Shown: positions 1 through 8,448, counted from the stretch's first letter. The stretch is DNA of 13,492 nt from Candidatus Ratteibacteria bacterium (GCA_049971295.1 JBMFLH010000054.1:1-13492); one strand, 5' to 3'. A program made the numbers and translations. The notes: generated by a model not told the origin, from the sequence alone.

Positions 1-1
1 T

Positions 2-235
2 GGTGCTCAGTTTGTTGGAGCGGTTTCTTCCAGTGTCCCTATCAGTGAAGAAAAAAAGAAACAGGCGTTTGACCTTGGAGTAAAACTTGCCTCTGCGATC
101 AAAAATAGAAAAATTTTCCCGGCTCAGACAAAAATCATCCAGCAGGGGAAAGCACATTTCAAAAACCTAATGATGGCAAGGAAAATTGACTGGCAGGGAG
201 AATATGATTACTGGAAAGAAAAAGGATGGCTGTGA
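2..235 (+). CDS. Partial CDS (5' end outside window): C-terminus of a flavodoxin-family / NADPH-dependent FMN reductase-like protein
   Basis: Not in the ORF track. Frame 2 is open from base 2 to TGA 233-235 and reads GAQFVGAVSSSVPISEEKKKQAFDLGVKLASAIKNRKIFPAQ...DWQGEYDYWKEKGWL*. 'A.DLG.KLA' and terminal 'YWKEKGWL' resemble C-termini of flavodoxin-family proteins. The FMN-binding N-terminus is not visible. Confidence 0.7.
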   Translation, partial: GAQFVGAVSSSVPISEEKKKQAFDLGVKLASAIKNRKIFPAQTKIIQQGKAHFKNLMMARKIDWQGEYDYWKEKGWL

Positions 236-245
236 AAAATTAAGT

Positions 246-1307
246 ATGAAATATCAAAGGACCATGCTTGTCCTTAATGGTCAATATGTAAAAAAACTTG
301 ATTATAAGGTGTTGCCTGTATTGAAACCATCAAGGCACATCATATTAAGCGATGCGCATCCTGAATGGAAATTTCAACTTCATAATTACCTGATTTTTCA
401 CCAAAACAGATTCTGGTGCATGTGGAGTTTTGGCCCAGAAGAAGAAGCACGCATAGGTCAATCAGTTCTCTATTCAACCGGTTCAGATGGAATTTCATGG
501 GAGAAACCACAATTTCTTGCAGAACCACAGGATAAAGGTTATGGATACATCGCAAGAGGTTTCTGGCTATATAAAAATGATTTTCTTGCGCTTTGCGCTT
601 ATTTTACAGGGCCAGGTGCCTTTGGAAAAGGGAAAAAACTTGCACTTCACGCATACAAATGGAAGAACAGAAAATGGGAATTTTTGGGAGTTGTATTTCA
701 TAATGCCATCAACAATTTTCCTCCACAATTGCTTCCTGATGGAAACTGGATGATGACAGGCAGGGACGTTTTGATGAATGTTTCTGTCCTTATTGGAGGA
801 CAACAGTCCTTTAACCAGTGGCAGAGATATCCAGTTGTAAAACAAAAAAACAGATTTAATTTTTTACCTGATGAACCATTCTGGTGGATTTTGGAAGATG
901 GCAAGATTGCAATGTTTTTGAGGGATAACAGTGGCAAACGGCAAATTTTCAGATGTTTCTCAAAAAATGGTAGAAAATGGACAAACCCGGTGAAAACAAA
1001 TTTTCCCAATGCTACAAGCAAATTTTTTGGCCTTACCACAAGCCGAAAATTCAGAGTATTTATTTCAAACGCGAATAGAAATATGAATGTTTTAAGACGT
1101 GAGATGCATCTATCTATTTCAAATGATGGAAGAGTTTTTACTGGCATCGCAAAAATTGATATTCCAACAGATGGAAAAGCAACGCTTCAATATCCACATG
1201 CAATGGAATACAACAACAATTTACTGATTGCCTTTTCAAGAAACAAAAGAATTATTGAATTACTAACCATCCCGCTTGAAAGGATTGAAAAATTATTCAA
1301 CTTTTAA
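246..1307 (+). CDS. BNR/Asp-box beta-propeller protein (exo-alpha-sialidase-like, BNR_2 type)
   Basis: Asp-box-like repeats GSDGISW, SKNGRKW and SNDGRVF, plus the segments DEPFWW..DG.IAMFLRD, PVKTNFPNA.SK and LQYPHA. The track start (TTG 186) lies inside the upstream CDS, so ATG 246 (or 264) is more likely. No signal peptide is visible. Confidence 0.75.
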   Translation: MKYQRTMLVLNGQYVKKLDYKVLPVLKPSRHIILSDAHPEWKFQLHNYLIFHQNRFWCMWSFGPEEEARIGQSVLYSTGSDGISWEKPQFLAEPQDKGYGYIARGFWLYKNDFLALCAYFTGPGAFGKGKKLALHAYKWKNRKWEFLGVVFHNAINNFPPQLLPDGNWMMTGRDVLMNVSVLIGGQQSFNQWQRYPVVKQKNRFNFLPDEPFWWILEDGKIAMFLRDNSGKRQIFRCFSKNGRKWTNPVKTNFPNATSKFFGLTTSRKFRVFISNANRNMNVLRREMHLSISNDGRVFTGIAKIDIPTDGKATLQYPHAMEYNNNLLIAFSRNKRIIELLTIPLERIEKLFNF

Positions 1308-1312
1308 AAGAC

Positions 1313-1326
1313 CTGCCCGGAGGCAG
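1313..1326 (+). promoter_or_regulatory. Shine-Dalgarno GGAGG (1319-1323) within a 5-bp hairpin CTGCC-CGGA-GGCAG
   Basis: Read directly in the 20-bp gap between stop 1307 and ATG 1328. Confidence 0.5.
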
Positions 1327-1327
1327 A

Positions 1328-4300
1328 ATGAAAAAAATGATTTTTATGCTCTATGCAATGGCAGTTTCATTACACGCGCAATCAGAAACGATACTTTTTA
1401 AACAGGAAGTATTCCCTTTTACAAATCCAGGCTTTGAGCATCTTTCAACTGGCTGGAATATCAGACCAACTGAGAAAAAACAGCCCCTTCCGGATGTGGT
1501 CTATTCTTTAGAAAATATTGCATGTGAAGGTCAGTATTCATTTGCCATGACATTGAATAAAAGAACAGGGACTTACATACCCCGCTCATTTCAGGTTGAA
1601 AAAGGGAAAAAGTATTATATCAGCGCAAAAATCAAAACCATTGGGCAGATTACAGGTACATTCAGGGTTGTATACGGTGCCATTGGTGAACCATACGCAA
1701 ACCGGGTTGGGCCTGATTCTGACTGGACAGTTGCTGGCGTAACTTTTGTCGGAGGAAAACACATCTACGGATACGGAGAACCAAAAAATCCTGATCCGAA
1801 TATTTCATACTGTGAACTGCGTCTTGAAGCAAATGGCATTGGGACAGTATACTTTGACGATATTAGGGTTTATGAAATGAAAGAATACGGAGAATATGTC
1901 AGGTTCAAATTGCTTCAACCTGAGAACACACAATATAGAGTAAAAATTCAAGGGCTCTATGGACCACCAAACTGGTATTTTACAATTGCTCCAAAAGAAA
2001 TATTTTTATCAAACACTTCAAGTGGCTGGATTGATTTATCCACTTATGACCAGTTTAAGGGAAGGGGTACTGTTTATGCTGGATTTCATTTTGAACCTGT
2101 CCAGGGAGAAAAGTTTGAAATGATTGAGGCAGGCATTGATTTTGCATATATGCCGGATGAGGCCTGCATCATAAAAAACGTTACAAGAAAAACACCAGGG
2201 AACATCATCGGCGTGATGATGCCAAAATCTGAAAATAATCCTGATAAATTTTTGAAGGGCTTTGCGCTTCTTGACCAGGATATTATCAAAAGAAATCAGT
2301 TTGTAAAATCCCTGAGTTTACCACCTGTTGCCCTCAAGAAATTTTATCTGGAAGCTCATCTTAAAGGATTTGGGTCAGTGTTTTCAGACCCTGTGATGGT
2401 GGAAACTGAAGTTAATACATTGCATACAATGGGTTTCAATGCGCTTGACACACAGTATTCAGGACTTGCAGGAATTTATAGACAGGTCGCAGAAAAATAC
2501 CACATGGCTCAAACACACCATACATTCAGAATTGGAAGATTGCCCCAGGACCCTGTAAGCAAAAATGTGATTTTTGACCTGACAAAAATCAGACAGGCAT
2601 GTTCACAATTTGTTGAAAATTCCCTTGAAAATCTAAAAAAACAGGATCCTGACCAGATACCTATCATCAAGTTTATTGACACCGGAGACGAAATTGCAGG
2701 CGAACTATTTGGCGGCATGGAATACGAGCAGGGATACAGAGAATACCTTAAGTCTCAGGAATTAAAACCATTGGATTTAAAAAAGAAAAACTGGGACGAT
2801 GTGAAAATATATGGCTCCTGGAGCTGGAGAAATTCCTGGAAAATGAGACCCTCTGATAGAACTGCTATTGACTCGTGCATAAATTATTACTGGACACTTC
2901 GCTACTGGAACTACGCCACAGCAAAAGTTTATAGTATTCTTGCAGAAGAAATTATAAAAAGAATGCCATCTCTAAAAGTAAGGGTAAACTTTGGCCCACC
3001 GTGGGCTTACGGATATTGCTCGTATATGCGTGGGGCTGAAATATGGGAATTTGCCAGACAGAACAGTGTCACTGACTTCTGGAACGAGGACTGGCTCAAT
3101 ACGTCTGGATGGAGAAATGCAGGTATTCAGATGGTTTCGTATCTTGTAGACTTAAGCAAAAGTTGCGCCAGGTTAAATAATGCTGATGTCAGCGCATTTG
3201 TGATGCCAGTAAGTGGCAAGGAAAATATTCAGTTGAAACTTGCATCTGTAATTGGAAAGGGCGCAAAGAAAATTGATGTGTACAGATACGGTCCCGCATA
3301 CTGGTCTCCTGATAGCTGGTCTGGCAATACTGATATGGCACAGGGTATTTCATATTTCACCAGAGTTCTGGAAAAAGCAGAACACATCCTTTTTCCTGGA
3401 AAACTTAGAAAAGCAGAAGTTGCCATTATATGGTCTGCAAGCGAACCAGTGTGGACAACAGATGATGCCAGTTTGTGGAATCAACAGTTGCTTTATCTTG
3501 CTTTACAGCACAAACAAATTCCAGTGGATTTTATTGATGAATTGATGGTGGAACAGAACGCATTAAATCAATACAAGATTGCTATATTATCAAGTCAATA
3601 TTTAAGAAAATCTGCAAAAAAGGCGATTGCTGATTGGGTATCAAATGGTGGGAACCTTTGGGTTGATGGTATCCCGGCAACAGGAGATGAATACGGTCAG
3701 ACCTGCGAATTGCTTTTGCCTGTCATTGGAATCAACGACATCACAGTGGTTGATAGTGCAATTGGAAGGTCCATGAATCCACAGAACGGAGTTAATCCAT
3801 CTGTCATTCCAGGTACTATAAGAATTATTCAATCAGATGAGACAATTCCAGCAGTCGGAAGAAAAATTCTTTTTTCTTTGAGAAATCCAGAAAAAACAAA
3901 AGTCATAGGTGTCTGGGAAGATAATAGACCATCTGTGATTGAACACAGGTATGGAAAAGGCAGGGTATTTTATGTTGGCACCTATGCAGGACACTCCTAC
4001 AACAGTTCTGTTGAAAGGATACCCGGGAAAATTGAAACTGGCTACAGGGAAAATGAAAGAAAACTCATTACTGATTTTGTCCTTGGTTGCGGAATTCAAA
4101 GACCTGTCTGGTGTTCTGTGGATTGTGTTCAGGCAGATTTGCTTGAAAGTAACGAAGGTATTGGTATTGTTCTTTCGAACTATTCAGGAACACCGCAGCA
4201 TGAAATCAATGTGTATATTGATGCAAAAAGACCTGTTTCATCAGTGGTTTCTACTCAAAAAGGTTCATTGCAATTCACACAGGACTCAAAAACAAAAATC

Positions 4301-4351
4301 GTTACAACAAGGATATCACTTGATGTTTTTGACTTCATTTTACTGAAATAA
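1328..4351 (+). CDS. Secreted multidomain putative glycoside hydrolase: CBM4/9-like domain, TIM barrel and beta-galactosidase (GH42-like) trimerization domain
   Basis: Signal peptide-like MKKMIFMLYAMAVSLHA|Q. The CBM-like domain is bounded by NPGFE..W and VYFDDIRV. GDEI is a candidate acid/base motif. The C-terminal pattern AEVAII..LYLAL..IPVDFIDE..YK..L..AIADWVSNGGNL..DEYG..GKGRVFYVG matches the trimerization domain. Confidence 0.7.
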   Translation: MKKMIFMLYAMAVSLHAQSETILFKQEVFPFTNPGFEHLSTGWNIRPTEKKQPLPDVVYSLENIACEGQYSFAMTLNKRTGTYIPRSFQVEKGKKYYISAKIKTIGQITGTFRVVYGAIGEPYANRVGPDSDWTVAGVTFVGGKHIYGYGEPKNPDPNISYCELRLEANGIGTVYFDDIRVYEMKEYGEYVRFKLLQPENTQYRVKIQGLYGPPNWYFTIAPKEIFLSNTSSGWIDLSTYDQFKGRGTVYAGFHFEPVQGEKFEMIEAGIDFAYMPDEACIIKNVTRKTPGNIIGVMMPKSENNPDKFLKGFALLDQDIIKRNQFVKSLSLPPVALKKFYLEAHLKGFGSVFSDPVMVETEVNTLHTMGFNALDTQYSGLAGIYRQVAEKYHMAQTHHTFRIGRLPQDPVSKNVIFDLTKIRQACSQFVENSLENLKKQDPDQIPIIKFIDTGDEIAGELFGGMEYEQGYREYLKSQELKPLDLKKKNWDDVKIYGSWSWRNSWKMRPSDRTAIDSCINYYWTLRYWNYATAKVYSILAEEIIKRMPSLKVRVNFGPPWAYGYCSYMRGAEIWEFARQNSVTDFWNEDWLNTSGWRNAGIQMVSYLVDLSKSCARLNNADVSAFVMPVSGKENIQLKLASVIGKGAKKIDVYRYGPAYWSPDSWSGNTDMAQGISYFTRVLEKAEHILFPGKLRKAEVAIIWSASEPVWTTDDASLWNQQLLYLALQHKQIPVDFIDELMVEQNALNQYKIAILSSQYLRKSAKKAIADWVSNGGNLWVDGIPATGDEYGQTCELLLPVIGINDITVVDSAIGRSMNPQNGVNPSVIPGTIRIIQSDETIPAVGRKILFSLRNPEKTKVIGVWEDNRPSVIEHRYGKGRVFYVGTYAGHSYNSSVERIPGKIETGYRENERKLITDFVLGCGIQRPVWCSVDCVQADLLESNEGIGIVLSNYSGTPQHEINVYIDAKRPVSSVVSTQKGSLQFTQDSKTKIVTTRISLDVFDFILLK

Positions 4352-4353
4352 CA

Positions 4354-5388
4354 ATGGGGAAAAAATTTCTTCAGATTGTTCTGTTTGGTGATTCAATGTC
4401 GTGGTCTTATGGAGTAGCCATTGGCAAAAGATATGCTGACTTCATTGAAGAAAAAATTCAAAACATATGCTCTGACCAATACATTGTTGATGTTGCCGCA
4501 TGCGGCGATGGCGGAAATACAACAGAAGAAGCATATGCAAGAATTGAAAGGGACTGCATCTCATATCAGCCAAATATCGTGGTGATAAGTTTGGGCTCAA
4601 ACGACAGCATAAGGGCTCCTGACAGGGAAACATTCAAGACATATTACAGGAAAATTTTGAACAAGATTAAAAACAATGCCACAAAACACATAATCCTTGA
4701 AACAATCCCAACTCTTGACCAAAAGTGGCACAGCCAGAGAAACAATCCTAAAGCTTTATTTTATGGGGGACTTGAAAATTATGTGGAGTTTTTCAGCCAT
4801 TCGTTTATCAGGGAAACAGCAAAAATCGAAAATTTTCTCCTTTACGACAGATACAAAATTTATCACCAGCATCTGGTAAAAAACCCTGAATTAAGAGAAA
4901 AACTGATTTTGAAAGATGGAGTTCACCTTACTGAACAGGGAAACGAATTTTTTGCTGAACACATTGTTCCAATTATTCAACCACTGATTTCTCAAATTCA
5001 TCAAATCCCATCAAATGCAGAAAAATATCTTGAACAGGCAATTTTCAACCCTGTTTACATTGAATGCATCCAATCGCTGAAAAATGGAAATCTGAAAGAA
5101 TATCTGACAGACAATCCCAATCTAAAAAGATTGATGCTTGAGAAAACAAAATCCACAAGCCGCAGAGCTATTGCGTACGCAGAAGATGAAAAAATCAAAA
5201 ACGAGGCACAAGTAGTGCAATATCTTGCATCAGGATTTATGGCAGTTGAAAAAATTTTTAATTCGCAGGATAGTGAAATAATAGAAAAAAGCAAAAAATG
5301 GGCAATCTCACATCTTATTAAAATCCCAGATAACCTTTTTGCCGAAAAATTTAAACAGCTTTTTCAAATCTTGACAGAATCAAAATGA
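4354..5388 (+). CDS. SGNH/GDSL hydrolase (esterase) with a C-terminal helical extension
   Basis: Blocks FGDS, GDGGNT, LGSND and DGVH are all present. It starts 2 bp after the upstream stop. Confidence 0.9.
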   Translation: MGKKFLQIVLFGDSMSWSYGVAIGKRYADFIEEKIQNICSDQYIVDVAACGDGGNTTEEAYARIERDCISYQPNIVVISLGSNDSIRAPDRETFKTYYRKILNKIKNNATKHIILETIPTLDQKWHSQRNNPKALFYGGLENYVEFFSHSFIRETAKIENFLLYDRYKIYHQHLVKNPELREKLILKDGVHLTEQGNEFFAEHIVPIIQPLISQIHQIPSNAEKYLEQAIFNPVYIECIQSLKNGNLKEYLTDNPNLKRLMLEKTKSTSRRAIAYAEDEKIKNEAQVVQYLASGFMAVEKIFNSQDSEIIEKSKKWAISHLIKIPDNLFAEKFKQLFQILTESK

Positions 5389-5399
5389 CTATGTAGAAT
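5371..5399 (+). promoter_or_regulatory. Sigma70-type promoter TTGACA-N17-TAGAAT, likely giving a leaderless transcript from ATG 5406
   Basis: -35 TTGACA at 5371-5376 (perfect consensus), 17-bp spacer, -10 TAGAAT at 5394-5399, then 6 nt to the ATG. Confidence 0.75.
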
Positions 5400-5405
5400 A
5401 AGGTT

Positions 5406-6110
5406 ATGAACAGAATTAAGGTGTCTTACAAAGGGCTATCGCAAAAAAATCGAATCATTTTTTGGGTCTGTGTTGCAGTAATTTTGCTTTCTCTCTTCGG
5501 CATAGGAAGAACTATTTACAGAGCAACAGTCAGTAAAAATCCTACCATAGAAAACTACATGAAACAGATTCGCAGTAAAGACCCTGCCCAAAGAGAAACA
5601 GGCGTATATACTGTGGGACTTTACAGGATTAAAGAAATGGCTGACACACTTGAAAACATGATACAACAGGACCCTGAAATCAAGGTAAAAAGGATTGCTG
5701 CCTGGTCTTTAGGAAGAATTGATGTCAATAGATTGGTAAAACTGCTTGATTCCAAGGATACAGAAATTAAAGACATTGCGATGGAGGCACTAATCAAATT
5801 AGACAGAAATAACGTCTCATATATGATGCAACGATTTAATAATGAAAACACAGAGACAAAGAAAAAGATTCTCAGTATCGTTGAATTATTGAAAAAACCA
5901 GATTTTAATGAAAATTTGATGGAAATTGCTGAAAACAAAGACGAAAATAAAGAAGTCAGATTCCAGGCACTCAACATTCTTAAAGATACAGGAACAATAG
6001 AACTTGAAGGAAGATTAAATGCCATTTATTACAATGACCCGGATATGGAAATGAAGGAAGCAGCAAAACAAACACTTGAATTCATTAAAAACAGAGAGAA
6101 ATACAAATGA
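5406..6110 (+). CDS. Membrane-anchored HEAT-repeat (HEAT_2/PBS-like) protein
   Basis: Basic N-terminus followed by one hydrophobic helix (IIFWVCVAVILLSLFGIG). Repeated units include DPAQRE..VYTVG, DPEIKVKRIAAWSLGRI, KDTEIKDIAMEALIKL, ENKEVRFQALNIL and DPDMEMKEAAKQTL. Confidence 0.85.
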   Translation: MNRIKVSYKGLSQKNRIIFWVCVAVILLSLFGIGRTIYRATVSKNPTIENYMKQIRSKDPAQRETGVYTVGLYRIKEMADTLENMIQQDPEIKVKRIAAWSLGRIDVNRLVKLLDSKDTEIKDIAMEALIKLDRNNVSYMMQRFNNENTETKKKILSIVELLKKPDFNENLMEIAENKDENKEVRFQALNILKDTGTIELEGRLNAIYYNDPDMEMKEAAKQTLEFIKNREKYK

Positions 6111-6784
6111 AAAAAGGGTTCACTCTTGTTGAACTGCTGGTGGTGATTGCGATCATCAGCATGCTTGCTGGTCAGATTATGCCATCGCTATCAACTGCCA
6201 GAGAAAAAGGAAGACAGGCAAACTGCATCAATAATCTTCATCAAATCGGGATTGCCATAGAAATGTACTACCAGGACTATGATGATTATCCCACATGGCT
6301 TTCAATCATGGTTCCATCCTATCTTGCAACAGACAAAATTTTCATATGCCTGACAGATAGATACAAAGGTGTCACAGGTCATGGCAATCCTCAATTTCCT
6401 GGAAGCAATGACATTCCGCCCAACCAGATACCCGGTTACACTCCGCCCTATGAACCTGAATTTGTCTATAGAAATCCCAATGTAACAGCGTGCAGTTATA
6501 TCTATGAATTCAGCCCATGTACCTGTGAGTGGTTTATGCAGGGATATGCAAGTGGCACATATACTGACACTGATTTAAATCAGGCAGATACCAACAGGGA
6601 CGGAAAGGTATCATGGAAAGAGGCAAAACTCTGGCAGGCAAGTACTCAGGGACTTTCTGATACATTACCCATTGTCCGTTGTTTCTGGCATACATACAAT
6701 TACGGGCAGAAGGTTCTGAATCTTGCATATAAGGACTATCACGTATTCACAAGCAGGATGTACTGGGAAAATTCTTCTGACTGA
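6107..6784 (+). CDS. Prepilin-type N-terminal cleavage/methylation domain protein (PVC-type, DUF1559-like) with an EF-hand-like loop
   Basis: Class III signal MKKG|FTLVELLVVIAII with E at +5, followed by AREKGRQANCINNLHQIGIAIEMY.QDYDD..P. ATGA overlap with the HEAT gene. Confidence 0.9.
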   Translation: MKKGFTLVELLVVIAIISMLAGQIMPSLSTAREKGRQANCINNLHQIGIAIEMYYQDYDDYPTWLSIMVPSYLATDKIFICLTDRYKGVTGHGNPQFPGSNDIPPNQIPGYTPPYEPEFVYRNPNVTACSYIYEFSPCTCEWFMQGYASGTYTDTDLNQADTNRDGKVSWKEAKLWQASTQGLSDTLPIVRCFWHTYNYGQKVLNLAYKDYHVFTSRMYWENSSD

Positions 6785-6785
6785 T

Positions 6786-8429
6786 TTACTGAAACTCTTT
6801 TAGAACATCTCTGGCAAGCATTATATCAAGGGTAAAAAGATTATCCCACCAGAGATTAAAAGAATCTTTATCTCCTACCCACTGTAAATAATATTGTTTC
6901 ATTGGTTTTTTCAGTAGTTTCACATCTTTGAACGCAGAAGAAAATCTCTTTTTCATATCTTTTTTCAAAGGAGATGGCATCTGTCTTCTTGTTGAGTACC
7001 ACCATCTTGCCTCTTCTATGATTGACCGTATTTTGTTCTGCAAACATTCTGCCATCAGTGAAAGTTTCAGACCCTCACCAAAACAACCTGAAACATTTTC
7101 TTTTTTCACAATGTCATAAATCCCCTCAAGATTTGAAGCTTTCGGTGGAGAAATCATTCGCAATATATCATCAAGTGTCCAGTATTTACCAAAACTAAAA
7201 GGCACGTCGAGTTCAAATGCGATTTCTTCTGCACTTTTCTTGAAATCATCAGGAGCTATCTTACCTGTCCATGCAGATTTTGCAAACTGAACAATGTTGT
7301 ATAAAACAAGTGTCCATGGAGCGTTAATCGGAGCAAATGAATGACCCCTTGCCCATGATGTCCCAATAATACCTTCTCCCTGATTTTTAATAAGAAAATC
7401 ACACATACAGGCGGGATTCAACAATCCCCTGACATAGTTTGCACCAACGGGCATGTCGGCACTCACATAAAGTCCACATGCTCCCCATAACGGCATACCA
7501 GTGTTTGCCATCAGTTTCAACTGGGCAAAACCTGCAGGATACCCTGTCATTTCATCAGTTCCGATTTTTTTTATTTCTTCAGGCTCAAGGTCCTCAAAAA
7601 ACTGGCTATCTTTAACAAAAGCCGCTGGCTGCTCTGGTTCAGGTACGTATCTATTGTAAAACTGCTTTCTCGTGGGTCTATATCCTTTGTAAATGACAAA
7701 TTTTGATGTTTTCCCTGCAGAGGTATAATCCCATGGAATCAAAATTACCCTTCCATCTATTTTTTGAACAAGGTCAAGTCGTCCATTACCAATAAACATA
7801 TCTGCCCATGCCATTGGAATTTTGTTATGCCTGATAATTTGTTCCCAGACAAAGTTCACATGGTCAAGGTACAGTTCCATCTTTCCGCCCAATTTTTTCA
7901 TTCTTTCAGAACACTGTTTGCACATACCTAACTGTCTCGTTTCGTCCTGTCCTGCATGAATGTACTGTGATTCAGGATGCAACTGGCACACATAATCAAT
8001 GAGTTTTTCAAGATAATCTTTCACGCCTTTTTTTGATGGACATAGCTGCGATGGATATTCAGGGTTTTCAAAAAGACCTTCTGTGCCTTTCAATCTTGAA
8101 AGATATTCAACATGCCCGAATGTCTGTATCAGGGGTATCCACTGAAGACCAAGAGATTTTGCCAGTTCTACAAGTGCCTTAATCTCCTGTTCTGTATATC
8201 TTTCTTTTACAGGAAATTGGTGTGATAAAGGTAAAAATGGAATTCTGTGCTCGTATTCAACCACAACCCCGTTAATTCCCCATCTTGCAAGTTGCCGAAG
8301 AAGTCCACAAAAAATGTCAAATGGTATTTTTGGTCCTTTCATGTCAATATGAAAAAATCTATTTTTTATTGCTGGCTCAGGAAATTTAGTCCTCCAGGAA
8401 GGAAGTTGTTTTTTTTCTCTGAAAATCAT
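6786..8429 (-). CDS. Glycoside hydrolase family 20 (HexD-like beta-N-acetylhexosaminidase), probably cytoplasmic
   Basis: Motifs FHIDMKG, EYE, IPLIQTFGHVEY, LCP, catalytic HAGQDE (7941-7958), WADM and TSW. Start 8429 (AAGGG upstream, no overlap) is preferred over the track's 8477. Confidence 0.85.
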   Translation of the reverse strand: MIFREKKQLPSWRTKFPEPAIKNRFFHIDMKGPKIPFDIFCGLLRQLARWGINGVVVEYEHRIPFLPLSHQFPVKERYTEQEIKALVELAKSLGLQWIPLIQTFGHVEYLSRLKGTEGLFENPEYPSQLCPSKKGVKDYLEKLIDYVCQLHPESQYIHAGQDETRQLGMCKQCSERMKKLGGKMELYLDHVNFVWEQIIRHNKIPMAWADMFIGNGRLDLVQKIDGRVILIPWDYTSAGKTSKFVIYKGYRPTRKQFYNRYVPEPEQPAAFVKDSQFFEDLEPEEIKKIGTDEMTGYPAGFAQLKLMANTGMPLWGACGLYVSADMPVGANYVRGLLNPACMCDFLIKNQGEGIIGTSWARGHSFAPINAPWTLVLYNIVQFAKSAWTGKIAPDDFKKSAEEIAFELDVPFSFGKYWTLDDILRMISPPKASNLEGIYDIVKKENVSGCFGEGLKLSLMAECLQNKIRSIIEEARWWYSTRRQMPSPLKKDMKKRFSSAFKDVKLLKKPMKQYYLQWVGDKDSFNLWWDNLFTLDIMLARDVLKEFQ

Positions 8430-8448
8430 TTTATACCCTTTGTGAGAA

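Noticed and set aside
186..245. Track start (TTG 186) for the BNR protein
   Set aside because: It lies within the upstream flavodoxin-like CDS, which ends at 235. ATG 246 or 264 is more plausible.
1313..1326. Hairpin as an intrinsic terminator
   Set aside because: The stem is only 5 bp, there is no U-tract on the + strand, and it overlaps the RBS.
6107..6784. Calling this gene gspG or pilA of a T2SS/T4P cluster
   Set aside because: The sequence after the leader follows the PVC DUF1559-like pattern, and no assembly genes are adjacent.
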